The position numbers and the translations under genes are program-made. Shown here in pieces: positions 43,135 to 54,029 of a stretch of 64,000 bases of DNA. The notes below the pieces were generated by a model. It did not search any database, had not been told where the DNA came from, and worked only from the letters and a program-made list of their open reading frames with translations. This stretch comes from Candidatus Krumholzibacteriota bacterium (GTDB lineage: Bacteria; Krumholzibacteriota; Krumholzibacteriia; JAJRXK01): the NCBI GenBank assembly GCA_963764625.1, contig CAVXTH010000007.1:96001-160000 (forward strand), read 5' to 3'. Position 1 is the stretch's first letter; each line of letters opens with the position of its first letter.

Positions 43135-44718
43135 GTGGCAGGTAGAGGCCGATCACATTCACCGGTCCTGAAATCCCGACTGTGGGTGGGACTGATTCTG
43201 GTTTTGGGGCTCGCGTTCCTACCGCTCACGAGTACCGATGTCGCGGCCCAGGGATCCTCCCAGCAGCAGTTCGCGGCCCGCTCGGCGCGCATCAACCCCG
43301 GCGACGGTCGTCCCTCTCTCACGGTCACCCTCAAGCAACTCTCGCCCCCCAGCGAAGAGTGGTACATCGCGGGAAGCGATCTGGCCGACGCCCTGCAGGT
43401 CGGACGCTTCTGGCGGACGGATGTCCGCAAGCTCGTGCTGCGGCTGGATGATCTCCGCGTCACCTTCACCGCCGGCGCTCGTTCGGTGGTCAGCGAGAAG
43501 AGCACGACTCTGCTCCACACCCCGGTCGTTTTCCACCTGGGCGAGCCGTGGATCCCCATGGAGTTCCTCACCGCCATTCTGCCTCAACTGAGCGACAAGT
43601 CGGTTCGTTGGAACGCGGAAGATTTCGTCTTGAACCTGGGCGTGCGCATCACCAATGTGGAAGGCTTGAGCTTCGAGCAAGGGGAACTCTCCACCCAACT
43701 GGTGTTGAAACTGAACACGGCGTTGGCGTTTCGGGTGGACGACAGCCAGCCGCGGCAACTCGTCGTCAAACTCTACGGAGCCCGTATCTCGCCCGGCGCG
43801 CTCACCGTCACCCAACCGCGGGGACTCGTCGACAGCGTAGAGGCCCGGCAGTACAACGATTACGCGCTGGTCACGGTGCACCTCAGCGAGTTGGTGAGCC
43901 GCTACCAGTCGTTCAGCCAAGCCGATGGGCGCGAGATCGTACTCAAGGTGCTCCAAGAGCCCATCACCACCATCCCCGAGCCGGTTCCGCGCGGACCCAA
44001 GATCGTGCAGACTTTGCCCTCCACCGAAGTGGGGCGCAAGGTCACCGTCCGGCGCGTGATCATCGATCCGGGTCACGGCGGAGCGGATGACGGAAAGAAA
44101 GGCATCGGCGGACTCCTGGAGAAAGACGTCACCCTGGCCATAGCGCTCGAATTGAAACGGGAGCTTCAGGGCAAGGACGGCATCGAAGTCTTCCTCACCC
44201 GCGACGACGATTCGACGGTGGGACTCATCGAACGCACCGAGTTCGCCAATCAGCAACGCGGCGATCTGTTTCTTTCGATCCACTGCAACGGCTGGTACGC
44301 GTCTGACGCCAAGGGGGTGGAGACCTACTTCCTCTCTCCGGCCAAGACCCAGTGGGATTCCACGGTGGCAAAGGAAGAGAATTTCACCACCGGGGTGGCA
44401 GAGGATGTCGATTTCATCGTCTGGGATCTGGTGCAGAACCAGTTCATCCAGGAAAGCGCCACGCTGGCCGAACAGGTTCAGCGCAGTCTTTCGAGTAATC
44501 TCCAGCTGGATAATCGCGGGGTGAAACAGGCCGGATTCCGGGTTCTGGTCGGAGCCTACATGCCGGCGATTCTGGTGGAAGTCGCGTTCCTCTCCAATCC
44601 CCAGGAAGCGAAGCTCTTGGCTTCGAGGGATTTTCATCATCGCGTGGCCCATTCGCTCGCGCAGGCGATTCTGGAATTCCGCGATCGCATGGAAGCGGTG
44701 CGCGAGGAGCAGCCGTGA
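43135..44718 (+). CDS. N-acetylmuramoyl-L-alanine amidase (AmiC-like with AMIN region)
   Basis: Signal peptide, IDPGHGG, EKD, SIHCN, LVEVAFLSN. Confidence 0.92.
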   Translation: MAGRGRSHSPVLKSRLWVGLILVLGLAFLPLTSTDVAAQGSSQQQFAARSARINPGDGRPSLTVTLKQLSPPSEEWYIAGSDLADALQVGRFWRTDVRKLVLRLDDLRVTFTAGARSVVSEKSTTLLHTPVVFHLGEPWIPMEFLTAILPQLSDKSVRWNAEDFVLNLGVRITNVEGLSFEQGELSTQLVLKLNTALAFRVDDSQPRQLVVKLYGARISPGALTVTQPRGLVDSVEARQYNDYALVTVHLSELVSRYQSFSQADGREIVLKVLQEPITTIPEPVPRGPKIVQTLPSTEVGRKVTVRRVIIDPGHGGADDGKKGIGGLLEKDVTLAIALELKRELQGKDGIEVFLTRDDDSTVGLIERTEFANQQRGDLFLSIHCNGWYASDAKGVETYFLSPAKTQWDSTVAKEENFTTGVAEDVDFIVWDLVQNQFIQESATLAEQVQRSLSSNLQLDNRGVKQAGFRVLVGAYMPAILVEVAFLSNPQEAKLLASRDFHHRVAHSLAQAILEFRDRMEAVREEQP

Positions 44719-45275
44719 AGATCTCCCGTCGGTTGGTTGCCAGTATCGCGCTGGTTCTCGTGCTCGGGGGAGGCCTCCTCGTCTGGGGAGTGTTCTTTCA
44801 CCAGAAGCGGACGCCCGATGAGTTCGAGGTCACCGAGCCGCTGGACGAGCAGGGAATGCGCAGCGTCACGCTCTACTTCGGGGGACGCACCGCACAGGGT
44901 TTCGTGAGCGAACGCCGCATCATCACTGCCTCGCTACACCGTGACCAAGAAGTCGAGGCGGTAGTAGACGAGCTTCTCCGTGGGCCCAAGAGCGCCAACG
45001 CGGTGCGCACCTGGCCCGAAGGCACCGCGTTGCGCGACGTGTTCTACGACGATGACCTCCATCTGTTATATCTCGATTTCAACAGCGCGCTGGTTTCCGG
45101 CGACACCGGTGGCAGCGCCATGGAGGTCATGACTCTCGGCGCACTTCTGCGCACTATCGCCATCGACTTTCCCGAAGTGGATGCGGTGCAGCTTCTGGTG
45201 AACGGGCTCGAGGTCGAGACGCTAGCCGGCCACATCGACTGCACGAAACCATTTCGGCCACGCGAGTGGCTCTGA
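44715..45275 (+). CDS. GerMN domain protein
   Basis: N-terminal TM, TLYF, LLRGP, YLDF, VQLLVNG...TLAGH. Confidence 0.85.
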   Translation: MKISRRLVASIALVLVLGGGLLVWGVFFHQKRTPDEFEVTEPLDEQGMRSVTLYFGGRTAQGFVSERRIITASLHRDQEVEAVVDELLRGPKSANAVRTWPEGTALRDVFYDDDLHLLYLDFNSALVSGDTGGSAMEVMTLGALLRTIAIDFPEVDAVQLLVNGLEVETLAGHIDCTKPFRPREWL

Positions 45276-45317
45276 ACTCCAATCCGGCGCGGGGCAAAAG
45301 CCGCGCAGATCAAATCC

Positions 45318-46217
45318 ATGGATTCCAGACCCATCGGGGTATTCGACAGCGGCGTCGGCGGTCTCACCGTCTTGCGGGCGCTGCGGGAACGATTGCCCCA
45401 AGAGAGTTTCGTATACCTCGGGGACACCGCCCGCGTGCCGTATGGAACCAAGGGTGTCGCGACCATCCGGCGCTTTGCGCTGCAGGCCGCTCGCTATCTC
45501 GAGTCGCGAGGAGTGAAGCGACTCGTGGTGGCCTGCAACACGGCCAGCTCCTACGCCATCGACATCTTGCGCGAGGAATGCTCGGTCCCGGTGGAGGGCG
45601 TGGTCGAGCCCGGGGTCGAAGCGGCCCTGCGGGTGAGTAAGGGGCACGTCGGCGTGATCGGGACTCCGGCCACCATTGCCAGCGATCGCTACGGAGAGCT
45701 CCTGCGCGCAGCCAACCCGCAGATTCGCGTGGAGAGCCAGCACTGTCCTCTTTTCGTGCCCCTGGCCGAGGAGGGCTGGACCGACGATGCCATCGCCCTC
45801 AGCGTGGCCGAGCGGTATCTCGCCGGTCTGCGGCGGGCCGGCATCGACACCCTCATTTTGGGATGCACGCACTATCCGTTGCTCAAGCACGCCATCTCGC
45901 AGGTGATGGGTGAGAGAGTCACCCTGGTGGATTCGGCGCTCGTATTGGCGGAAGCGGTGGAGCAGGATCTTCGCGAAGCCGATGCACTTTCGGACGGACC
46001 GGGGACCGTGCAGCTGGTGGTGAGCGATCTACCGCAGCGCTTCGCCGAGATCAGCCGGCGCTTTCTCCTCACCGACGCGCCCGAGGTGGAAGTGGTGGAT
46101 CTCGATTTGGTTCCCATTTCGCAGGAGGCGCCGCCGCAGACCGCAAGCGGCAAACGACGCTCGCCCAAGAGCCCGACAAAAGGTAAGAAGCAACCCGCGG
46201 GAAAGGATCCCACATGA
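45318..46217 (+). CDS. murI: Glutamate racemase
   Basis: [24 protein letters not shown]. Confidence 0.97.
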   Translation: MDSRPIGVFDSGVGGLTVLRALRERLPQESFVYLGDTARVPYGTKGVATIRRFALQAARYLESRGVKRLVVACNTASSYAIDILREECSVPVEGVVEPGVEAALRVSKGHVGVIGTPATIASDRYGELLRAANPQIRVESQHCPLFVPLAEEGWTDDAIALSVAERYLAGLRRAGIDTLILGCTHYPLLKHAISQVMGERVTLVDSALVLAEAVEQDLREADALSDGPGTVQLVVSDLPQRFAEISRRFLLTDAPEVEVVDLDLVPISQEAPPQTASGKRRSPKSPTKGKKQPAGKDPT

Positions 46218-46957
46218 GTCGACCCAAGGACCGCAAGCCCCACGCGCTACGCCCGGTGAAGATCACGCCTCACTATTCGCGCCACGCCGAGGGCTCCGCG
46301 CTCATCGAGATGGGAGACACCAAGGTGCTGTGCGCGGCGTCGATCGCCCCGGGGATTCCGCGCTGGAGGAGAGAGAGCGGACTGGGATGGGTGACGGCCG
46401 AATACGGCATGCTCCCGCGTGCCACCAACGAACGCACCATGCGCGAACGCGGCCACGTGAGCGGCCGCACGAGCGAGATTCAGCGCCTCATCGGTCGAAG
46501 CCTGCGTTCGGTAACCGACATGGGGATCATCGGCGAGTTCACCCTGACCGTGGACTGCGACGTGATCGAGGCCGACGGCGGAACCCGCACCGCGAGCATC
46601 ACCGGAGCGAGCGTGGCACTTTGGATTGCGCTCGAGCGCATGCGGCGCAAGCTGCGGCTGGGACAGCATCCCATGGCTCATCACGTGGGAGCGGTCAGCG
46701 TGGGGATCGTCAAAGATGAAATCGTCCTGGACCTGGAGTACATCGAAGATTCGATGGCCGAAGTCGACATGAACGTGGTGATGACAGGCAAGGGGAAGTT
46801 TGTGGAGATCCAGGGCACCGCCGAGGGGGAGAACGCCGCCTTCGATGACGCGCAATTGCAGGCCATGCTGAATCTGGCCCGCGGCGGCATTCAGCTTCTG
46901 GGTAAGATCCAGACCCAGGCGTGCGAGATCGCGGTCAAGACCCTGGAGGCGAGCTGA
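46214..46957 (+). CDS. rph: Ribonuclease PH
   Basis: [41 protein letters not shown]. Confidence 0.98.
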   Translation: MSRPKDRKPHALRPVKITPHYSRHAEGSALIEMGDTKVLCAASIAPGIPRWRRESGLGWVTAEYGMLPRATNERTMRERGHVSGRTSEIQRLIGRSLRSVTDMGIIGEFTLTVDCDVIEADGGTRTASITGASVALWIALERMRRKLRLGQHPMAHHVGAVSVGIVKDEIVLDLEYIEDSMAEVDMNVVMTGKGKFVEIQGTAEGENAAFDDAQLQAMLNLARGGIQLLGKIQTQACEIAVKTLEAS

Positions 46958-47607
46958 TGGCGGAGAGGTCCGTGCTTGTGCTCGCCACACGCAATCGCGA
47001 CAAGGTGAGCGAAATGCGGCGGCTGTTTGCCGATCTTCCCCTGGATGGGCTGCGTTGCGCGCTCGACTATCCCGATCTCGAAGAGGTCGAGGAGACGGGC
47101 ACGAGCCTGGCGGAGAACGCGCTGCTGAAGGCGCGGGCGGTGGCCCAGGCGACCGGACTGATGAGCGTGGCCGACGACACGGGCCTGTTCGTGGACGCAC
47201 TCGAAGGCGCGCCCGGAATCTACGCTGCCCGCTACGCGGGCGAGGGCTGCACCTACGCCGACAACCGCGAGAAGTTACTTCGGGAACTGGCCTCGATTCC
47301 CTCGCCCAGGCGCGCACGCTTCAAGACCGCGATGGCCCTGGTCGATCCCCGTGGCGAGGACGGGGCGAGCGAGCATCTCGTCGAAGGAGTACTCGAAGGG
47401 GAGATTCTGAGCGAGATGAGGGGTGAAGGCGGTTTTGGCTACGATCCCGTCTTCTATCTACCGGCGGAAGGGCGTACCCTGGCGGAGATGGCGATCGAAG
47501 AGAAGAACAAGATCAGCCACCGGGCCGAGGCGGCCGCCGCGATGCACGAGTACCTACGAGGGTACCTGGCGAAGACTTCTGAGCGCGGCGCTAGAGGATC
47601 GGCTTGA
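46957..47607 (+). CDS. rdgB: Non-canonical purine NTP pyrophosphatase (RdgB/HAM1)
   Basis: ATRNRDK, ENALLKA, ADDTGL, GFGYDPVF, KISHR. Confidence 0.95.
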   Translation: MAERSVLVLATRNRDKVSEMRRLFADLPLDGLRCALDYPDLEEVEETGTSLAENALLKARAVAQATGLMSVADDTGLFVDALEGAPGIYAARYAGEGCTYADNREKLLRELASIPSPRRARFKTAMALVDPRGEDGASEHLVEGVLEGEILSEMRGEGGFGYDPVFYLPAEGRTLAEMAIEEKNKISHRAEAAAAMHEYLRGYLAKTSERGARGSA

Positions 47608-47652
47608 CGGCGACGCTCTTTACGACGAGATTCTGCACCCGCTTCAAATGGT

Positions 47653-47729
<77 letters not shown>

Positions 47730-47822
47730 ACTTACCACATCAACTGGCTCATGCGCACAAGATGGCCTCGCGCCCAAAGACGCGAGGCCCCGAATCGAAT
47801 CCTCAAGTGTGAGCCGTCTCGA

Positions 47823-48476
47823 CTAGTAACGAGCCTTCATCGCTCCCCAGCTGTCGGAGCTCGCGTCCACCGGCTGCAAGCAGTTGGTGTCCGCCGAAGT
47901 ATTGGCCGCGCCCGGCGTGATGCAGCGCGGACTGAAGTCCACGTTGTTCTGATCGGTATCCACACCGTCGGGATAGCGCGAGATGCCGAGGTAATCGAAG
48001 GCGGCGTCATCGATCAAGCCGACTCCCGATCCCTCCGTGTACGGGGCACCGGTATCACCTTCGTAGCTCACCGTGTCAATCAAAACACCATTCGCATCAA
48101 ACAGTGCCACCGCGTCGGGGGCACCGTTCTGGATGAGATTGGTGTCCGGTGTAACATCCATGTCGCAGTTGGTGGTATTGGCGCTGTCTCCGCAGAGGAC
48201 GAAATAGTCCCCGGCTGCGAGTGACATCGCCGGCAGGATGAAGAGCTGATACTGCACCGCGCCACCGCCGCTGCCGTTGACGAGCTCGACCGCCCAGCCG
48301 TTGAGATCGACCGCGGCTCCACTGACGTTCTTCAATTCGATGAATTCAGAGGCGTCCGTTCCAGCCTGGTCGTAGTCGATCTCGTTGATGACGATCTGTG
48401 CCATGACCATCGTGGCGCTGAAAAGCAGAATGAGGGCGACCATCGAGGATGTGAGAATCGTTCGCATTGGTCTCAT
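47823..48476 (-). CDS. Secreted lamin-tail-domain protein with C-terminal SWGAMKARY motif
   Basis: Signal peptide, IVINEIDYDQ, EFIELKN, DAVAL, SRYPDG, TPGAAN. Confidence 0.85.
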   Translation of the reverse strand: MRPMRTILTSSMVALILLFSATMVMAQIVINEIDYDQAGTDASEFIELKNVSGAAVDLNGWAVELVNGSGGGAVQYQLFILPAMSLAAGDYFVLCGDSANTTNCDMDVTPDTNLIQNGAPDAVALFDANGVLIDTVSYEGDTGAPYTEGSGVGLIDDAAFDYLGISRYPDGVDTDQNNVDFSPRCITPGAANTSADTNCLQPVDASSDSWGAMKARY

Positions 48477-48701
48477 GGAAGGACTTCCTTTCGTTGTGTC
48501 AAATGGGGGGCAAAGCCACTCAGGGACCTTTCTTGGCTTTTTCCAACAGCGGTGATCGATTCGCGGCGTGTCCCCCGGCAAGGGATGAAGGATGTTCGGA
48601 ACCAAGGGGAGCATACACCAAGAGGGGACCCGGAGTCGACCTGAGTTAGGCAGAGTGGGAGGTCGAGGGGCGCCGGTTCGAACCCCGGCGCTCCGAATGG
48701 A

Positions 48702-49454
48702 CTAGTCGTGGAACAGGCTCTTGATCATGCCCCAGCTCTTGCCTTCGGTGCCCACGAAGGGTTCGCAGCAGTCCGCGGTGGCTCGAAATACGAGATTACC
48801 AGGGAAATTGGAGACTGGGTCCGTGACGAGGTCGATGTCCTGACCACCGTTGAAGTTCCAGCTGGTACAGGCCGTGGGCACGCTATCGGTCACGATCCCG
48901 GGAACCCCACCAAGCCGACAGCGAACGTCGGAGAGGTGGATTCCAATGGCATAGAGGTAGCCCTTGTCCGCACAGACACAGTCGAGTGGCAGTCCCACGG
49001 TGTAGCCTCCCCCGCTGGGAAGGACCGCAGTGTAGGTGGAGGCCACGCAGTGCTCCTGGGTGACGGTATAGCAGCCTGGAGTCGTCTCCTCGGCTTCGGC
49101 GAAGGATGCCTGAACGTCTAACTCGCAGCTGTCTCCGCTCGAGACAGACACCAGAAAACGGATCTCCGTCACCTGGAAGCCAGTGGGGCACACCCCGCAA
49201 CCCTGCGTGGGATCGAAGATGAGGTAGTAGTCCTCGGGAGGTAGCAACCAACCCTCTATCGAAAAAGAACCGGCGCTGGCATTTCCTGTTACGCAACTCA
49301 CCGGAGGCAGGGAGACCTTGCCGGGCTCCATCGGAAATGCATCTTCGAGATTGTCGATCCGCTTCACGGTAGCCTTGCGTTGCGCGAAGGAAGTCTGCGC
49401 GACCAGACAGAAGAGCAGGATCAAAGAGAGTACGAGCACAACGCGTGAATGCAT
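48702..49454 (-). CDS. Secreted Cys-rich hypothetical protein with C-terminal SWGMIKSLF motif
   Basis: Signal peptide, about 12 Cys in the mature region, GAGG SD. Confidence 0.75.
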   Translation of the reverse strand: MHSRVVLVLSLILLFCLVAQTSFAQRKATVKRIDNLEDAFPMEPGKVSLPPVSCVTGNASAGSFSIEGWLLPPEDYYLIFDPTQGCGVCPTGFQVTEIRFLVSVSSGDSCELDVQASFAEAEETTPGCYTVTQEHCVASTYTAVLPSGGGYTVGLPLDCVCADKGYLYAIGIHLSDVRCRLGGVPGIVTDSVPTACTSWNFNGGQDIDLVTDPVSNFPGNLVFRATADCCEPFVGTEGKSWGMIKSLFHD

Positions 49455-49609
49455 GATGACCTCACGGAGACCTGAAACGCAACGATACCCGGCACGGCGA
49501 TCGCGGCGCATCCAGAGACCAGGAGCCGTTAGCGGTAGTAGCGCCCTCTCGGGTGAATCTTGTCAAGCGCAATGTTGCACGACGGGAAGCGCCACGCGGT
49601 CGCTGCCGG

Positions 49610-51945
49610 CTAGGGCGCGTCGTTCGGCCGCTGGAAGGTCTCGATCCGTATCGGATGGTACAACCGATCGAGGTAAGCCTGCAGCCCGCGGAGAATCCAG
49701 ATCGCGGAATCTCCCTCGGGGAAGATCACAGCCGCCAACTCGTCGCTCAACGGGTTGAAGGAGGGCAGACCGGCGGAAGCGTATGATTTCGTCAGGAGCA
49801 GAGAGCGCCCCGACTCGGAATCGACGAGGTAGAGAGCTTTGTTCAACAGTCCGATCCGCGGTGACCGCGAGGCAGCGACCGTCGCGATTCCAAGCCGGAC
49901 GATAGAAGACCTCAGACGGCGAGCTCAGGCGCTTCGTCTCGCCACTCTTCAGGTCGAGTAGGTGAATCCCGTCGCTCTGACGCGTCCACGCGATTCGATC
50001 TCCCGCGAAAGAGAACGAAGGAAAGCCATTTCCGCCGTCACGGGTGAGTTGCCGAAGTTCGGGGGTTTGGAGATTTTCGAGCCAGATTTCCGAGCTTCCG
50101 CTGCGCTGAGAAGAGAAGGCGATCCACTTGCCGTCGGGCGACCAGCTGGGCGAGATGTCGTTAGCGGGATCGGAGGTGATGGGCGTGAGCTTGTCGCGCG
50201 TCAAATCGTAGAGGGCGAGATCGACGTTGCCATTCTGTAGCACCGAGAGGGCCAGGGACTTGCCGTCGGGTGACCAGGAAAGGACATCCAAAAACTTCTT
50301 CTGGGTCAGGATAGTTCTCTCGCTGCCTCCGTCGACGGACCGAATGCAGATGCGGCTCTGATTCCCCGGGTCGCCGACTCGATAGGCCAGTGACTTGCCG
50401 TCGGGAGACCAGGTGGGACTGATGTATTCCTGATCTCCTCGGGGGTCACGCGTGCCATGGTGAGAGGATCGATCGTCAAAGGCGTACAATAGAGAATCGC
50501 GACCTCGGGACGAACGTAGATCTGGCGTACCGCAGCTCGCCGTTGATGGCGGCGCGGTCATACAGCAGCGGTCGCAGAGCCGGTCGCAAAGCATGGATCG
50601 TGAGTTTGTCGAGCATGAGATAGCGTGCGTGTTTCTCGGGCCAGGAACTCCATGATGTCTTCGTATGCAGCTACCGGAATCTCCACATACCTCGCACCGG
50701 CGTAGAATGCAAAATAAGGCTTACGATCGGCGACCAGATCACCGGGCTGGATGCGATTTTCGATTTCAGTATCTGGGCTGTCTTTCGGCTAAATGCGAAT
50801 GTGCCCGAGATGGGCGTCACGAGCAGCGGGTAGTTGAGCCATACTCCGACGCCCCCGGCGACGAGCAGGCGCGAAAGATAAGCATCCAGCGCCTCCGCTT
50901 CCCACCCAAAATCTCCACTGCCGATCAAGGCATAGAGAATCAGAATCGGAAGATAGGGCAAGAATGAAGCGGGGCTCACTCCGCGGCGTGAAGGCCGGAT
51001 AGACCAGAAATGGAACCAGGGCGGCCGCGAGGATTCCCGCGCCTCTTCCACAGGCCAAAGAGCGCCAGGAGAAAGGCAACCGGAAGCAGATGTCGATTCA
51101 GCAGCAAAAGCTCATGGGGCAGTCGCTTCAGGTAGTCCGCTACGGCACTGGTATCTGGGTCTGTTCCTCGAGTCACCTTCTTGGCCAGCTGGGAAGTGGA
51201 AGAATCGATCAGGGCTTCGCGCTTCTGCCAAGGTGGGCACTCAGGCCGAAGTTTCCCGACTTGCTCAAGCAGCTGCAACCTGTCCAACCGAAACCGAGAG
51301 CGCCGCGCTGCCCAGCACGTAAACCAGCGCAAAGCCGCCCAGAAGTCGAAGTACTCGTCGCGGTGGCGCAGTTTGAACAGGCTGAGGACGGCGACGATCC
51401 CGATGGCTTCGGGCCGGGTGATCGCGGCCATTCCCAAAGACAGCCCGCTCTGCCCGGAATGCTCTCGGGTGAAAAGAAGCAGGGCCAGAAGGACCCAGAA
51501 GAGATAGAGACGACTCCGACATGGTCATGAGCGAGTACTGGATGAAGATGGGCTTGTCGCGCCAAGCACGCAGAGCGCCAACCATAGCCAGTTCCCGGCG
51601 CACGAATCGACCGCACAACAGATAGAAGACGCAGAGCGATGCCAGCGCGGCGAGCAGCGACACGGTCTGCGCCGCGCGAACCCCGTCGTGAATGATCGGC
51701 AACAGCAGCGCGATGAACGCCGGATAGCCAATGGGGAACGCGCTGGCGGAGTTTCCCGAGAGAAGGGTCTTGGCCTGGTTGATGTAGTACGTACCGTCAT
51801 ACGAGACCAAATCGAAAGTCTTCAGAAAGGGAATGCGGGCGGCGAGACTGACCAGAATCAGCGCCGTGCAGGCGTAACGGTCTCGAAGTACGAATTGGCG
51901 CCGGGAATCTCGTTTTGGTGAGGATGAACGTTTGGGCTTGGTCAA
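49610..51945 (-). pseudogene. Multiply frameshifted GT-C (ArnT-like) membrane protein fused to a TolB-like PD40 beta-propeller
   Basis: Fragments in different frames: SYDGTYY/PIGYP, TRPEA, and WSPDGK repeats. At least 5 frame changes. Could be a sequencing artefact. Confidence 0.6.
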
Positions 51946-53909
51946 GTTCGGTCGTCCTCTAGGACTTCACGCACCTTGCGCGCCAGCATTTCGATTCCGA
52001 AGGGCTTCGGAATGAAGTGCACGCCCTGATCGAGTATGCCCTGCCTCGAGATGGTGTCTGCTGTATATCCTGACATGAAAAGTGTCTTGAGATCGGGTTT
52101 CGTTTTCAGCAACGAGTCTTGGAGTTCTTTTCCGCTCATGTTGGGCATGACGACGTCGGTGATCAAGAGATCGAACTCATCACGATGGTCTTTGAAGATT
52201 TGTTGCGCCGTTTTTGCCGAATCTGCGACGAAGACAGTGTAACCAATGTCCTTCAGAACGGTGGTCACAAGATCGCGAACCATGGGGTCATCCTCGACCA
52301 GCAGCACACTCTCCGTGGCCGGCTCGAGGTGGACGAGATGCGCACCACTAATCGGAGCGGGTCGTTCGCTGCAACTGGGAAAGTGCAGAACGAAGGTCGT
52401 TCCCTTGCCCACGTCGCTGCTGAACCGGATGAACCCTCCGTACTGGGCCACGACGCTCTGCACCGTCGCCAGACCCAACCCAGTGCTGGTCGCCTCGTCC
52501 TTTGTGGTGAAGAAGGGCTCGAAGATGTGATCACGCGTCGCGGGGTCGATCCCTCGTCCGGTGTCGCTCACCGCAAGCTGGACGAATTCTCCGGGGGCGA
52601 CATCTGGTTCGTGGGCGATTTCTTCGGGGGGCACCACTACGTTCTTGGTCTCGATCTGAAGGCGTCCGCCCTTCGGCATCGCATCGCGAGCATTGGCCGC
52701 CAGGTTGGCGAGAATGTGGTCGAGCTGGGAAGGATCGATCTTGATTCGCCACAGATCGGCTCCAGGCTTGAAGACGAGTTCGATGTCCTCGCCGATCAGA
52801 CGACCCAGGGTCACTTGCATTCCTTCGACCGCCGGGTTCAATTCCAACGAGCGGGGACTGATGATCTGCTTGCGCGAAAATGCCAGGAGCTGACGAGTGA
52901 GGTCGGCCGAGCGTCTGGCGGCCTTGTCGATCTCCCGGATCTCTTCCGCGAGGCCCTCGTTCAAGCCCGAACGAGTCAGAATCAACTCCGTGTACCCGAG
53001 AATGACGTTGAGCATGTTGTTGAAGTCATGAGCCACGCCGCCGGCCAGTCGTCCAATGGCCTCCATCTTATGGGACTGTCGCAGCTGTTCCTCGACCGAG
53101 CGCAGCTTCGTGACGTCCTCCACGAGGGATAGGACCCCGAGAACCTCGCCATCCGTTCCGATCAGCGGCGCGTTGTACCACTCGCAGAGAATGGTCTTGC
53201 CGCTCTTGGTCACGTTCTTGTTCGTGCTTCGCTTCCCCCCAGATGCGTTCATGAGATTCTGCCAGATCTTGTCTACGTGTTCCCGTGCATCATCGGGCAC
53301 GATGAACCTCGCATGATGACCAATCGCCTCCTCTTTCGAGTGTCCGAAGATTCGCTCCGCCGCGAGATTCCATTGCGTCGCCTTGAACTCCGGGTCCCAG
53401 GTGATGATGGCCATGGGGGATTGCTGGACGATGAGAGCCAGGCTCTCGCGGTATTCCCGATACTGTTTCGCGCGCTCCTTGCGCTCGGTGATGTCGCGGA
53501 CGATCGCGATGAGGACCGGTTGATTGTCGTAGGAAGAGTACACTCCGTAGATTTCAGCGAGATAGTTCGTGCCGTTCTTGCGATGTCCCTCGCGCTCCAG
53601 CGAGTTTGTACGTGGGTCTCGGGCCTGGTCCATGAACTGCGGAAGGTCCTCGATGGGATCGAGATCGAGGATCTCATTGATACGTTTGCCGATGAGCTCT
53701 TCCCGGGTATATCCGGTCAGATCCGCGAAGGTGGGATTCGCGTTCAGGATGGTCGTGTTCGCGTCGATGACGCAAATGCCGTCGAGCATGCTCTCGTAGA
53801 TGGCGAGCAGCTCGTCGAAGGACGGAATGGCGTGGCGCACGGATTGACCCCTCGCATGGACCCATCGCAGGGAATCCTGCTTGGAATGTTTGAGGGAAGC
53901 TGCCGGCAA
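51942..53909 (-). CDS. PAS-PAS hybrid histidine kinase with receiver domain (CckA-like)
   Basis: Two PAS domains, HDFNN H-box, NARDAM, FEPFFTTK, GLGL, receiver with LLVEDD, DVVMP, KP. Confidence 0.93.
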   Translation of the reverse strand: MPAASLKHSKQDSLRWVHARGQSVRHAIPSFDELLAIYESMLDGICVIDANTTILNANPTFADLTGYTREELIGKRINEILDLDPIEDLPQFMDQARDPRTNSLEREGHRKNGTNYLAEIYGVYSSYDNQPVLIAIVRDITERKERAKQYREYRESLALIVQQSPMAIITWDPEFKATQWNLAAERIFGHSKEEAIGHHARFIVPDDAREHVDKIWQNLMNASGGKRSTNKNVTKSGKTILCEWYNAPLIGTDGEVLGVLSLVEDVTKLRSVEEQLRQSHKMEAIGRLAGGVAHDFNNMLNVILGYTELILTRSGLNEGLAEEIREIDKAARRSADLTRQLLAFSRKQIISPRSLELNPAVEGMQVTLGRLIGEDIELVFKPGADLWRIKIDPSQLDHILANLAANARDAMPKGGRLQIETKNVVVPPEEIAHEPDVAPGEFVQLAVSDTGRGIDPATRDHIFEPFFTTKDEATSTGLGLATVQSVVAQYGGFIRFSSDVGKGTTFVLHFPSCSERPAPISGAHLVHLEPATESVLLVEDDPMVRDLVTTVLKDIGYTVFVADSAKTAQQIFKDHRDEFDLLITDVVMPNMSGKELQDSLLKTKPDLKTLFMSGYTADTISRQGILDQGVHFIPKPFGIEMLARKVREVLEDDRT

Positions 53910-54029
53910 GTCAAGGGGATAAGGGCCCGAGCCGGCCTTTCACGGCCAGTGGAGACTTGTGCATTGGCCACGTCGAGCCTACGCTATCGTGGTTCAAGAG
54001 GTCCGGTTCAACAACAAAGAAGCTCTCTC

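Noticed and set aside
43129-43200. tmRNA next to smpB
   Set aside because: The amidase gene starts immediately, and no tmRNA 5' or 3' tRNA-like ends are visible.
53277-54029. N-terminal extension of the GT2 ORF
   Set aside because: Antisense to the histidine kinase. GT2 homology starts near 54030.
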